This document shows, one piece after another, positions 9,801 to 17,816 of a stretch of 34,399 nucleotides of DNA (position 1 is its first letter; the number at the start of each line of letters is the position of its first letter). Origin of the DNA: Capsulimonadales bacterium. Lineage in GTDB: Bacteria > Armatimonadota > Armatimonadia > Armatimonadales > Armatimonadaceae. Position numbers and translations under genes: made by a program. The stretch spans positions 1 through 34,399 of the forward strand of contig JANRLW010000080.1 of the NCBI GenBank assembly GCA_033762295.1, given 5' to 3'. The notes below the pieces were generated by a model. The model was not told where the DNA came from, made no database searches, and saw only the letters and a program-made list of their open reading frames with translations.

Positions 9801-12153
9801 CGAGGAGGTCCGCGCCGGGCTGCGGGTCCGGATAATCCGCGCTCGGGTTGGGTTCGGTGACGGTAACTTTTCCGGTGTTCGGGTCCACGGTGGCCCGGTG
9901 CGCCGGAGAGACATTCCCGACGGCGTAATTCTGGAATGCGCTGACGCCGGTCGCCGTATTCGCGCTGTAGACACGGGCGGTCGGAACGATGAACGCGCCG
10001 CCATTGGCCATGAAGTATTGCTCGGCCTGCGGCCCGCCCGGCCCGCCTGCGATGCGGGTGTTCAATATCCCGCCGCTGTTACTGGCGGGGTCCCGGTTAT
10101 CCTTGAAAGACAGGACTTCGTTGCGCGTTCCGAGCCAGTAGGGATAGATACGGGCGACGATCGTTCCGTCCGATTCCGTGACCATACAGGGGACATACAG
10201 CATCAGGTCATTCGTATTGTTGCCGCTGTCCCGGGCGAACGGCGTGTTGCTATCCTGGCGCGCGAAGCCGAGGGTGGGTGTTCCGACCGGCTTGATTGCG
10301 TTGACGCCGGGAGGAGCCGCGCCCTGGAAGGTGCGCCACAGTTCGGTGTTGGTGCGAGCATCGACACAGGCGACGAGTCCGTTCGGCTGCAGAATATAGA
10401 GCCGGTTCTCAAAGAACGTCGGCGAGGGCGCAACCCCCATCGGCATGGCGTCGAAAAGTCCGCCCGTTCCGTCCAGGGTTGCCGGATTGCTCACCGGGGA
10501 GTAGATGCCCTGCGCGGTTCGCGGGAACGCCGTAAAGGTAAGCAGGGAGCCGTTCGGCAGGGTGACGAAGATCCGATCCTCGCGCACTCCGCTCGGAAGA
10601 AGGACCGAACCGTAGATCGGAGCGGACGGATAAACGCCGTTCGCCGTTACCGGCCCGTCGAAGCGCCAGATTTCGTCGTAGGGGAAACCGAACGTCAGGT
10701 CCGGCAGTCCATCATCCGGGTTACCGTCGCCGTCGAGGTCCCGGTAGGGCGTCAGATCGTAGGCGCGAATACTCACCTGGTTGGTGGGAATATTCAGCGC
10801 GGCGTTCTGAACCTTGCCGGCCACGAACATGACATTATTGACGATCAGCGGGGCGGATCGCGAATCGAGCAATGATTTGTCGATGTTCTGCCGCGCCTCA
10901 GTATAGGCGTTGCGTGTGGAGAAGGCGGTGACCAGCGGTGCGCCGACCCCTTCGAACGACGCTCCGAGCCGTCGGTTGTTTCGGCGATAGGCGTTGTTCG
11001 CGCTGCCCCAGGCGGCGATGTTATAGAGCAGTTTCAGATCTTCGGCATGGGCCGTCTTGATGTTCGGCCCGGAGAACGCGCCGGAATTGCCGCCGAAGCC
11101 GGCATTGACACCGCCCGCGTAGTCATTGATATCGCAACAGGAGTCCGCGGAGGAGAGAATCACCGATCCGCCGCCGTAATTACCGGCCGCGATATACGGG
11201 AGCCCGCCCACGTTCCCGTTTCCGACGATATTGACGAGCGTCTCCGGGTTGGGCGCGGTCTGAAGCACATTCGCCGGGTTGGTCGGATCGATCGAGCAGA
11301 GCGAATAACCCCGGTAGTTCTTGTCTCCGAGAGCGGACACCTCGTCGAAGGTCAGCTGAAACGGAGAACTGAGAATCGGGTGCTCCGGCACGTTCACAAT
11401 GGGTTTCGGTCCGCCGCCACCGCCACTCTGGAACTGAACGCTCGACAGGAAGAACGGGGCCGTGGGATCGATTCGCAGGTTTCCGCAGTCCTCCATCCAG
11501 ATGATGCCGCCGGCATCCACGAGCTTACGCAGTTTTTCCCGGTCGGCCGGGGTAAAGGCGACGGTCCGGTGGGTATGGATCAGGAGGAGATCGAACTGCA
11601 ACAGATCCTCGACCGTCGTCGCGGCCAGCGGCACTTCCCAGTAGGCCGCCATGGCCTTGGTCACCTTCTGACCGATCTGATAGGGGTTTCGCGGGTCGCG
11701 GGCCAGCCATCGATTCCGAATCGCGGACGTGACATTGGTCGGCGCGAGCGGGTTGACGAACACCCAGTTGGACGGCTTGAGGTCGGTGTACGCGTCCGCG
11801 ATGTAAAAAACGTAAGGATCGGGATTTTCCGCGCCACGAGCGATGCTGGCGGGGTTGGTTCGGTCGATCGTGGAATCCAGCAGGAGAATGCCGACCTTGA
11901 ACGGCCGCTGCGTCGTGGAATAACTTGTGGCGTCCGCGTATGCGGTATGCCCGGTCAGGCTCAAAACGAACAGCAGCCACAGCGCCGCTATCCGCCGAAC
12001 CGCGGTTTGTGCGCCCGCGTTCGCTACGAAACGAATCGAAGCGCCCCGTACGGGGGTGATTATGTGGGTGGCTCGCATGAGGTTGTGCCTTTGGTTCCCT
12101 GTCTTTTTCATTCCCGTCGGTTGGACGATTCTCCGACGGCTTGTGTTCGCCAT
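6880..12153 (-). CDS. Large secreted protein with N-terminal DUF4159-like domain, PQQ-like propeller motifs and C-terminal NHL-like repeats (PilY1-like position)
   Basis: 1757-aa ORF. Signal peptide RRIAALWLLFVLSLTGHTAYA|DA. LLQFDLLLIH...DREKLRKLVDAGGIIWMEDCG resembles DUF4159. DxDxDG loop DLDGDGNPDDG at 10708-10740. PTFFENRLYILQPNGLVACVDARTNTELWR is PQQ-like; YLMADTGNNRVLRID and YLIADPGNYRIIEV are NHL-like. True start may be a later Met. Confidence 0.8.
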   Translation of the reverse strand: MANTSRRRIVQPTGMKKTGNQRHNLMRATHIITPVRGASIRFVANAGAQTAVRRIAALWLLFVLSLTGHTAYADATSYSTTQRPFKVGILLLDSTIDRTNPASIARGAENPDPYVFYIADAYTDLKPSNWVFVNPLAPTNVTSAIRNRWLARDPRNPYQIGQKVTKAMAAYWEVPLAATTVEDLLQFDLLLIHTHRTVAFTPADREKLRKLVDAGGIIWMEDCGNLRIDPTAPFFLSSVQFQSGGGGGPKPIVNVPEHPILSSPFQLTFDEVSALGDKNYRGYSLCSIDPTNPANVLQTAPNPETLVNIVGNGNVGGLPYIAAGNYGGGSVILSSADSCCDINDYAGGVNAGFGGNSGAFSGPNIKTAHAEDLKLLYNIAAWGSANNAYRRNNRRLGASFEGVGAPLVTAFSTRNAYTEARQNIDKSLLDSRSAPLIVNNVMFVAGKVQNAALNIPTNQVSIRAYDLTPYRDLDGDGNPDDGLPDLTFGFPYDEIWRFDGPVTANGVYPSAPIYGSVLLPSGVREDRIFVTLPNGSLLTFTAFPRTAQGIYSPVSNPATLDGTGGLFDAMPMGVAPSPTFFENRLYILQPNGLVACVDARTNTELWRTFQGAAPPGVNAIKPVGTPTLGFARQDSNTPFARDSGNNTNDLMLYVPCMVTESDGTIVARIYPYWLGTRNEVLSFKDNRDPASNSGGILNTRIAGGPGGPQAEQYFMANGGAFIVPTARVYSANTATGVSAFQNYAVGNVSPAHRATVDPNTGKVTVTEPNPSADYPDPQPGADLLVAVDYDVAYIVGNNVPANYASNPTQVGARNNDALRIPFAGPFGTAGINGIPGRPRGLTTPTFSPEDFLIFGVQQLFRAAGQQSSAEMPSIFAVNEQEGIETSRVRWRYLVFNDAAAPGALTVTKTVDETTVEDRVPLVNYLRYDANWPASQSATRMTNPEALRNIKIVGSPITANSGITYVLAEATSDYNTNAFNPIVPAEGGNVTILMAFKTNPQIILNLPEPFETARGVTLSQFNAISSPIRNPPEAIVVRSGSPQLILDGDRGRITVVNSRAANNQAFSASQSFVVRYTPKGGGSERRTVVNPVPRGATLTYGAGSDEQGNDVTLTPANPAFTPLLWYYVLPGGARTSPTLVGDYIYYTMTKRDPNFPADTATASYIVAVDANPAANDGQIRVGYGEPVLNMVSALVNESGANLSPRVNHVRMAFRIDKRRQGVFTNSRSFAPPVGGQGMLLLNTSLGTTAFNDTVTAVADNRRLVEVAADSSARWVVDSTLSTFVAGGALPVFGPDGQPIVNPGDPNPNGRQVLARVPLARPTALQRVNSEYLMADTGNNRVLRIDRGGRVVWQLSSFADPYRLLTNGEPTSLSGPTDAQYYTTQTLNAANQVVGYEIHYLIADPGNYRIIEVADYYDQNGLPIAARDASGAPVAGPGEHVLVWTSRTGSVLDRKYRYESLQRFLGRGPVGDPVYGNVTGYPYIAAVVSNSTVATGSVNATTESTGGAIVSLRYAPLNTAIYLRTGAGTIASTILWPLPAAGASALSTIPTGNGLVGETIDQANIVRSGQPPIIKKIIKPTYYRQLSLPDRVNVRQRLVSLICDQDGVFVIENTYNNAGVPQRNVLWMFTQADYDVMNAGRLNNPGGGKLPSFRPAAVQLLANGNFLITNSASERNALFANGQFVGEAFEVEPPISVLTAGTLNAVPTQTGGAFGDFAAPRLEKGLAGATGVRSLNRQVMGNPESNTGLLEQPQIAIRP

Positions 12154-12184
12154 CGAAGCCCGGAATTCCTACCGGAGAGGCAAC

Positions 12185-12217
12185 CCCCGGAAAAATCGTC
12201 GATCGATCTTTCCGGGG
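12185..12217. other. Intergenic stem-loop
   Basis: CCCCGGAAA...TTTCCGGGG, 9-bp perfect inverted repeat between the 1048-aa and 1757-aa genes. Confidence 0.55.
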
Positions 12218-12238
12218 ACGCCCGATCGCCGGACGTGA

Positions 12239-15200
12239 TTATCGAACGGTGCTCTGACCGTAGTACAGCAATCCGGGCGCGACCGGCAGACGGGGCGCGA
12301 ACGGTAACGGTTGGGTCGGGTTGTACGGGTTACGTCGCAACGGAGACGGCCCACCGGTGAACGGATCGTTGGTGCCCTGGCTGCTGTAGTTCGGCGCGTA
12401 CGGGAAGACGGCACGGTCATCGAACTGGTAGGTGATGCCGTTGGCAGCCACGCGACCGGCGGCATTTCCGCTTCGCAGTTCGGGGAACGGGCTGTTAATC
12501 CCGTGCATCGTGCTGATCGGGTTGCCCTGGCTCGGATATTCCGACGCGGAAGCCAGACCGGTGGAGCCGTAGAGCGAGGGTATCCATCCCCACTTTTCCA
12601 TCCACGCGCCCTGATCCCCGATCTCAGCGGGCAGGTTCTCGTTGATCGCTCCGCAGAACGTGATACGGACGTCGAGCGGTTCCCGGTAGAACGGGAAGAG
12701 CGGGTTGGTCGCCGGACGCTGCCCCGGGTCCGGAGTCCCCTGTCGCGCGCCGGTCCGGTAGCCACGCAGACGGAAGTTTTCGTAGGAGTCATCCGGGACC
12801 GGGTTGAACCACGGGCCGGGAATGATGAAGAACGATCCTTCCTGGGCGTACATCAACGCTTCGATACGGATATCCGCCGGAGCGATGGCGGCACGGGTAA
12901 GTCGGTAGCGTCCGATATCGGCGACGATCCGAAGCACGTTATTGACACCGATCGAATTTGCCGCCGCCACCGGGTACAGGGCGTTCCCGGGCAACGAGAA
13001 GGCGTCGTTTTTATAGACGGTCTCGTTCGGAACGTTCTCGATGGACAGGTTGACCGGGTCCGGCGACAGAACGGAACTGAAGCCGGGATTATTGAAATCG
13101 TAGTAGTTGCTTCCCTGGGCCGCTCCCGGGTTGGGGTTGATTTGCAGGGCGATCCGTACCTCGGCCCGCTCCCGGTCCGCGGCGTTGCCGGTCGAGCTGC
13201 CGCCCGGCGCCGACGCATGGCGAAGGAGCAGGTCGGGCGTGTGGGCGTTCGCCGCGCCGCTCAGGTATCCCGGCACGGTGAAGCCGGTTCCGGGAACGAA
13301 GATCGGCGCAAACGTCGACGAAAGCGTCAGCGGATCGTTGTCGCCCGTGACTTCGAGGAAGTAGGCGGGGACGCCGTTGTCGGTCTCGCTACCCCGGTTG
13401 TTCGCCCGCGACGACGTGGTAAAGAACTGGGTCGTATTGACGGTGATGTACTCCTTGGCGAGCAGAGCGATCGTCGATTGACCGCGCACCTGCTGGGCGA
13501 CCGGATTGGTATCGTTTGCCAGAAGGTTGTCGCGCAGTAAGTTTCCGTCGACGTAGATCGTTCCGTTGGAAACGACCGTCAGATGCCGTTTGAAATAATT
13601 GACGCCATCGAAGCCACCGACCGTTCCCTTGATCCGAACGTTTCCTTCCGCATAGATCACGAAGTCACCGGAGTAGTAGGCGGTTTCATCGCCGGTGCCG
13701 GGGACGCCGTCCGGATCGCGCGTTGCCGGGTATCCCTCTCGAATCTGGTTGGGCAGGAATTCGGTTTCAACGGACGGGGCCGGTCTGTCGGTCCGGGTGT
13801 AGCGGAGGACACTGTTCTCCACAGCGCCGTTCGGCAGACGGACGTAATTGGCTCCGTCGCTGGCGGTGATGGTGAAGTAGCGCGGGTAGAGCGTGATCGT
13901 GACGGCGGGCGGCACATAGCGGTAGTCGCCGCTCCAGTAGTTCTTACTGGTGTATGCGAACGGGTTGATCCAGTCGTTGCGTACCGAGTATCCGACGTCG
14001 AGCAGTTGTCCGCCCGAAGCGGGCTGGGAATCCGTGGGGTTGTTGATGTAGAGTCCCTGGCCCCAACCAAGCAGACCGGCACGGTTCGACGTCACGAGAT
14101 CGGCAGCCACCGGGTTGTCGGCGGAGAACCGGGGCGCGAGCGGCGCGGAATCCCGGGTCAGGGCGCGATAACGGGTCAACCCGTTCGGCCCGATGACATT
14201 ATCGATGACCGGGGGTGCGGTTCGGGCGACCGCTCGCAACTGCTGGTAGGTATTTCGAGGATCGAGATTCTGGTCTCCGTCGTTGGGCAGGCTCGTGGTG
14301 TCCCCGCTTCCCGGGTTGTCGCGCACCAGGGCATAACCGCTGAGGTCGCCGCCGGTCACGCTGGCGAGTACCGGACCGAGCGTGCGGAACTGCGGCGAAC
14401 CGGACGGGACGATCGGGACGTTGTTCAGATCGGCGGTCGGTCCGTAGAGCGACGAGAGTCCGACCGTGGAGATACCGACCCGGGTCGGACTCGCCGCGCC
14501 CAGCGATCCGGCCGTCGCGTTATTGGCGACGTCGTTGAGCGCGATCGTTCCGGCGACTTCCAGAGCGTCGTTGCGGAACGGATTGAGAATGAAACGGTTG
14601 ACACCGAAGAAGGTCAGGCTGCCGTTGACACGGACCGCGCCTTCATAGACCGATTCCAGCGAGAGAACGGCGTCGCGGTCCCGGATCGGGAAGGGAGCGC
14701 CCAGCTGGATCGGGTTCGGCTTGTTGTCCTTGTTGGTGATGTTTCGGACGTATTCGTTCAGTCCGATCGCCTTGTAGGCGACCAGTTCCACTCGCTGACT
14801 GAGTTTTTCGGTATTGCCATAGGTGGTCGGGTCATCGGGATTGATCTGCCCGACGCGCCCGACGGATTCGAGCCGGATATATCGTCCGAGAGGATCACGA
14901 CGTCCGGTGCGTCGATCGATGGCGTCCGGCTGATAGGTGATCCGGACCAGGGCGCGACCACCCGCCTGGGCCGCGCCGGCCGCCGTTCCGGGAACATCGC
15001 TGCCGAAGGGAACGCGGGTGAATCCGCCCTCGCCGGTCGCCGGTTCGTAGGGTTTGAGCCAGAAGTAGTCCGGGTCGGACTGGCTGATGGCGGTACAGGT
15101 CTGACCGTAGGCGCAGTCCGGGACCGGTCGCCAGTCCGCTCCTTCCGGCGAGTTGGTCAACTGCTGATCCAGATAGTTGATCCCGGCCTCGGCAAACCGC

Positions 15201-15385
15201 CCGGCCGCCGTGATGTTCGCCGCGACCTGAGTGTTTTTCAGGTTGCCCGCGATGATCGAGATAAAGATAGCGGCGATAAACAGCAGGAGGAACAGTACGA
15301 TGATGGCGACGATGGCCGACTGTCCTGCCTGTGTTCGGCGGCGCGCCTGCGCCGCGAGCGAGTGATTCTCTATCCGGTTCTGCAT
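12239..15385 (-). CDS. Giant PilX/GspK-class minor pilin with beta-solenoid region (DUF4900/ComZ-like), about 1048 aa
   Basis: Class III-like leader RRRTQAG|QSAIVAIIVLFLLLFIAA with no Glu at +5, typical of PilX/GspK. AGRFAEAGINY helix; YIRLESVGRVG strand; solenoid-like rungs AVRVNGSLTFFG, VIYAEGNVRIKG, LTVVSNGTIYVDGNL, IALLAKEYITV, IEALMYAQEGSF. Start moved from 15430 (which lies in a hairpin loop) to ATG 15385 (AGGA upstream). Confidence 0.8.
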   Translation of the reverse strand: MQNRIENHSLAAQARRRTQAGQSAIVAIIVLFLLLFIAAIFISIIAGNLKNTQVAANITAAGRFAEAGINYLDQQLTNSPEGADWRPVPDCAYGQTCTAISQSDPDYFWLKPYEPATGEGGFTRVPFGSDVPGTAAGAAQAGGRALVRITYQPDAIDRRTGRRDPLGRYIRLESVGRVGQINPDDPTTYGNTEKLSQRVELVAYKAIGLNEYVRNITNKDNKPNPIQLGAPFPIRDRDAVLSLESVYEGAVRVNGSLTFFGVNRFILNPFRNDALEVAGTIALNDVANNATAGSLGAASPTRVGISTVGLSSLYGPTADLNNVPIVPSGSPQFRTLGPVLASVTGGDLSGYALVRDNPGSGDTTSLPNDGDQNLDPRNTYQQLRAVARTAPPVIDNVIGPNGLTRYRALTRDSAPLAPRFSADNPVAADLVTSNRAGLLGWGQGLYINNPTDSQPASGGQLLDVGYSVRNDWINPFAYTSKNYWSGDYRYVPPAVTITLYPRYFTITASDGANYVRLPNGAVENSVLRYTRTDRPAPSVETEFLPNQIREGYPATRDPDGVPGTGDETAYYSGDFVIYAEGNVRIKGTVGGFDGVNYFKRHLTVVSNGTIYVDGNLLRDNLLANDTNPVAQQVRGQSTIALLAKEYITVNTTQFFTTSSRANNRGSETDNGVPAYFLEVTGDNDPLTLSSTFAPIFVPGTGFTVPGYLSGAANAHTPDLLLRHASAPGGSSTGNAADRERAEVRIALQINPNPGAAQGSNYYDFNNPGFSSVLSPDPVNLSIENVPNETVYKNDAFSLPGNALYPVAAANSIGVNNVLRIVADIGRYRLTRAAIAPADIRIEALMYAQEGSFFIIPGPWFNPVPDDSYENFRLRGYRTGARQGTPDPGQRPATNPLFPFYREPLDVRITFCGAINENLPAEIGDQGAWMEKWGWIPSLYGSTGLASASEYPSQGNPISTMHGINSPFPELRSGNAAGRVAANGITYQFDDRAVFPYAPNYSSQGTNDPFTGGPSPLRRNPYNPTQPLPFAPRLPVAPGLLYYGQSTVR

Positions 15386-15410
15386 TGGTTTTCTGATCCT
15401 GCGGTTTCCT

Positions 15411-15446
15411 GATCCGCCGCCGGGCGGCATCGCCCGGTGGCGGGTC
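15411..15446. other. Intergenic stem-loop
   Basis: GATCCGCCGCCGGGCG-GCAT-CGCCCGGTGGCGGGTC, 16-bp stem (two G-T pairs on the + strand, which are mismatches in the minus-strand mRNA). Confidence 0.55.
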
Positions 15447-15487
15447 TCCTGTTCGAACTTCCGGCGCGGGGGCCGACGATCGGACGA

Positions 15488-17746
15488 CTATCGGGCGATG
15501 TTGCCGACGGTGATACGGTTGTTGATCTGTGCCGTTTGCGGCTGTCCGGTCGAGGTGTCGTAGACACGCGCTCCCAGCTGGACGTTGATTTGCGAACGCG
15601 TCGAATAATCGATCTTCATCACGTCCGGTTCCGGTCGGTAGTCCGCGCCGGTAATAAAGGTATGCCTCGATCCGACGCCGCCGCCCGCCGGAGTTCGATC
15701 CGCGCTGGTGACGATCTCACCGTACGTGTTCAGCGCGCGCCCGGCGGCGTCGCGAGCGTAGTTGTTCTGCCAGAGATAGGTGACGCGCAGTTCGCCTTCC
15801 GGCTTCCGCTGGTTGGTCGCAGGATCGATCTCGCCCGGAGTGATGGCCGGCAATCCCGGAATCTCGGCTTCAATCGCTTCCGATCCGCTCTCGCCGGAGG
15901 TCGTCTCGTCGAATTTCAGCACCGGGTTGTTGTAGTTGCCCAGCGCGGTTTCCAGCTGGTAGTTCGGCGCGATCGATCGGACAAACCGGCCGTTGGAGAC
16001 GCCGGCTTTCTTGGCGAGCGATACCTCGCCGACATTGGGCAGCCGGGAGTAGTCGGCCAGCAGCAGGCGACCGGTCGTCGGATCGAAGCTGACGTTCACA
16101 TCCGGTCCCTGTACTTTCTCGGACGAGGGCGTGATCATGATCCCCTGCCAGGTCGTCTGGCCCATAAAGGCGCTGAACGGCGAGGCGTACCCGGCCGACG
16201 CCGGGAGGGTGTAGATCGGCAGCGGCGACTGCACCAGATAATAGAGCGGCTGACTGAGCGAGGTGAACTGGAGTCCCGCATTGGTCGGGACGCCGCTCAG
16301 TCCGGCGTTGGTGCGACGCGTCCCTTGCCGGAACACGGTCGGGACCAGCGTCCCGTAGTTGCCGTCCGGTCCTGCGACCAGCGGCGTGACGGAGTTGGTT
16401 CCCTCCGGAACGTACAGCGGAATCGCCTCATTGGTCGCCTGCTGGGTGGCCAGCGGCGGGAACGCGGTTTCCACGGAACCGCGCGAGGGGTCGACGCGCA
16501 ACGCCAGTTTCGAGGTATAGATAAAGATCGTTCCGGCGGTGCGGTCGAAAAGCCAGTAGTAGTTGCCGCTCACCGGCACGATACTATCTCCGGACATCTG
16601 CGACATGGTCACCCGGAGTAGGTTCGAAAGGTTCGCCGACGGAATCTGCTCGACCCGGAACTGCACCTGTCCGAAATTCGCCTGTCCCGGACGGTTCTGC
16701 GAGGAACCGCGATACACGGTCACGGTGAACGGATAGGTCCAGTGTCCGAACTGGGTGGAGTACAGATTCGGAACGGCGGCGGCCTGCCCCCCGAACGCGC
16801 CGGACAGGTAGCCGGGCGTGGCGGTCTCCCCGGCGACCGTGGTCGGGGTGAAGTTCAGAAGAATCTGGAACGGGCTTCCGGCAACGAGTTCCTTCGCCTG
16901 ATTCTTGCGCCAGGCGATCAGGTCCAGGTTGGGCGCGGAGAGCACCGGTTGAGAAACCGCCCGCCAGTTTTCGGCGTAGGTTCGCCCGTTCGACGCCGGG
17001 TTCGGGTTGTAAAAGAAGTTCGGATCGTGCAGGCCGCCGCCGTTGATCTCGTACGGGTTGACGCCCTGATTGATCAGCTTCGGATCGTTCGGATTATATT
17101 CCGCGCGCCAGAGGATGAACGGGTTCATCGCCGAGTCGGTGCGCCGAAATTCAAACTGGTTGGTGTAGTAGTTCGGCCCGGCATACGAACCGTCGGGGTT
17201 TCTCCGGTACGGCTCCCGCAGTCCGATGAAATAGCGAACGTATCGACGTCCGGGCGCGACCGGCAGAACGAGCGGACTTCCGCCGAGCGGTTTGTCCGTG
17301 GTCGGGTCGATCGCGGTGTCGGCTCCCTCGCCTGCGGTCGCTGTCGGAATGAAGTCGATCTTGGCGAAGAGTACGGAAGGCGTCGGGTTCCCCGGTTGTG
17401 TCGAGTAAACGTTCGGATAGGCGCTCGCCCGCTGGTCGTTGACGGAGGCGGAAAACGGCAGAGTCACCGGGGTAAGCGAGTTGTCGAAGACATAGGCGGC
17501 CTGCGACAGTTCCCGCTTCAGCTGCTCGATTCCGAACCGGGTGGCGTCCTGCGCTTCGGCTAAGGCCCGCGCCCGGTTGGTCAGGTTGAATCCCTGTACG
17601 AGCGGTCCGAGGATCAGCGTCAGCAACAGCCCGGTCAGAGCGATGACGATAATCAGTTCGATCAGCGTAAAGGCGCTCGTTGCCCGTCGCCGTACGTTTG
17701 ATGTATATTTTTCTGCCGTGATTATTTGTGGCATCGTTTGTCTCAT
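15488..17746 (-). CDS. Giant PilW/GspJ-class minor pilin with prepilin N-methylation motif, about 752 aa
   Basis: RRRATSA|FTLIELIIVIALTGLLL (F+1 codon 17669-17671, Ala at -1); AQDATRFGIEQLKRELSQA helix typical of PilW/GspJ; C-terminal INVQLGARVYD...INNRITVGN strands. Start set at ATG 17746 (or 17734) because the track start 17893 overlaps the upstream gene. Confidence 0.85.
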   Translation of the reverse strand: MRQTMPQIITAEKYTSNVRRRATSAFTLIELIIVIALTGLLLTLILGPLVQGFNLTNRARALAEAQDATRFGIEQLKRELSQAAYVFDNSLTPVTLPFSASVNDQRASAYPNVYSTQPGNPTPSVLFAKIDFIPTATAGEGADTAIDPTTDKPLGGSPLVLPVAPGRRYVRYFIGLREPYRRNPDGSYAGPNYYTNQFEFRRTDSAMNPFILWRAEYNPNDPKLINQGVNPYEINGGGLHDPNFFYNPNPASNGRTYAENWRAVSQPVLSAPNLDLIAWRKNQAKELVAGSPFQILLNFTPTTVAGETATPGYLSGAFGGQAAAVPNLYSTQFGHWTYPFTVTVYRGSSQNRPGQANFGQVQFRVEQIPSANLSNLLRVTMSQMSGDSIVPVSGNYYWLFDRTAGTIFIYTSKLALRVDPSRGSVETAFPPLATQQATNEAIPLYVPEGTNSVTPLVAGPDGNYGTLVPTVFRQGTRRTNAGLSGVPTNAGLQFTSLSQPLYYLVQSPLPIYTLPASAGYASPFSAFMGQTTWQGIMITPSSEKVQGPDVNVSFDPTTGRLLLADYSRLPNVGEVSLAKKAGVSNGRFVRSIAPNYQLETALGNYNNPVLKFDETTSGESGSEAIEAEIPGLPAITPGEIDPATNQRKPEGELRVTYLWQNNYARDAAGRALNTYGEIVTSADRTPAGGGVGSRHTFITGADYRPEPDVMKIDYSTRSQINVQLGARVYDTSTGQPQTAQINNRITVGNIAR

Positions 17747-17786
17747 CCGATTTTCGATCCCTACCGGATCTTTTTCGATCCATCGA

Positions 17787-17812
17787 TTCGAGCACCGACT
17801 CCTGGTCTCGAA
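17787..17812. other. Intergenic stem-loop (weaker)
   Basis: TTCGAG-C-ACC-GACTCCT-GGT-CTCGAA, 9 pairs with one bulge. Confidence 0.4.
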
Positions 17813-17816
17813 AGCG

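Noticed and set aside
11980..12153. Tat signal in the 1757-aa protein (SRRRI, VRRIA)
   Set aside because: Lacks the RRxFL consensus, and the first motif is far from the hydrophobic region; Sec is more likely.
17751..17781. Direct repeat TTTTCGATCC x2 at 21-nt spacing before the PilW-like start
   Set aside because: Only two 10-nt copies with no other support; could be chance.
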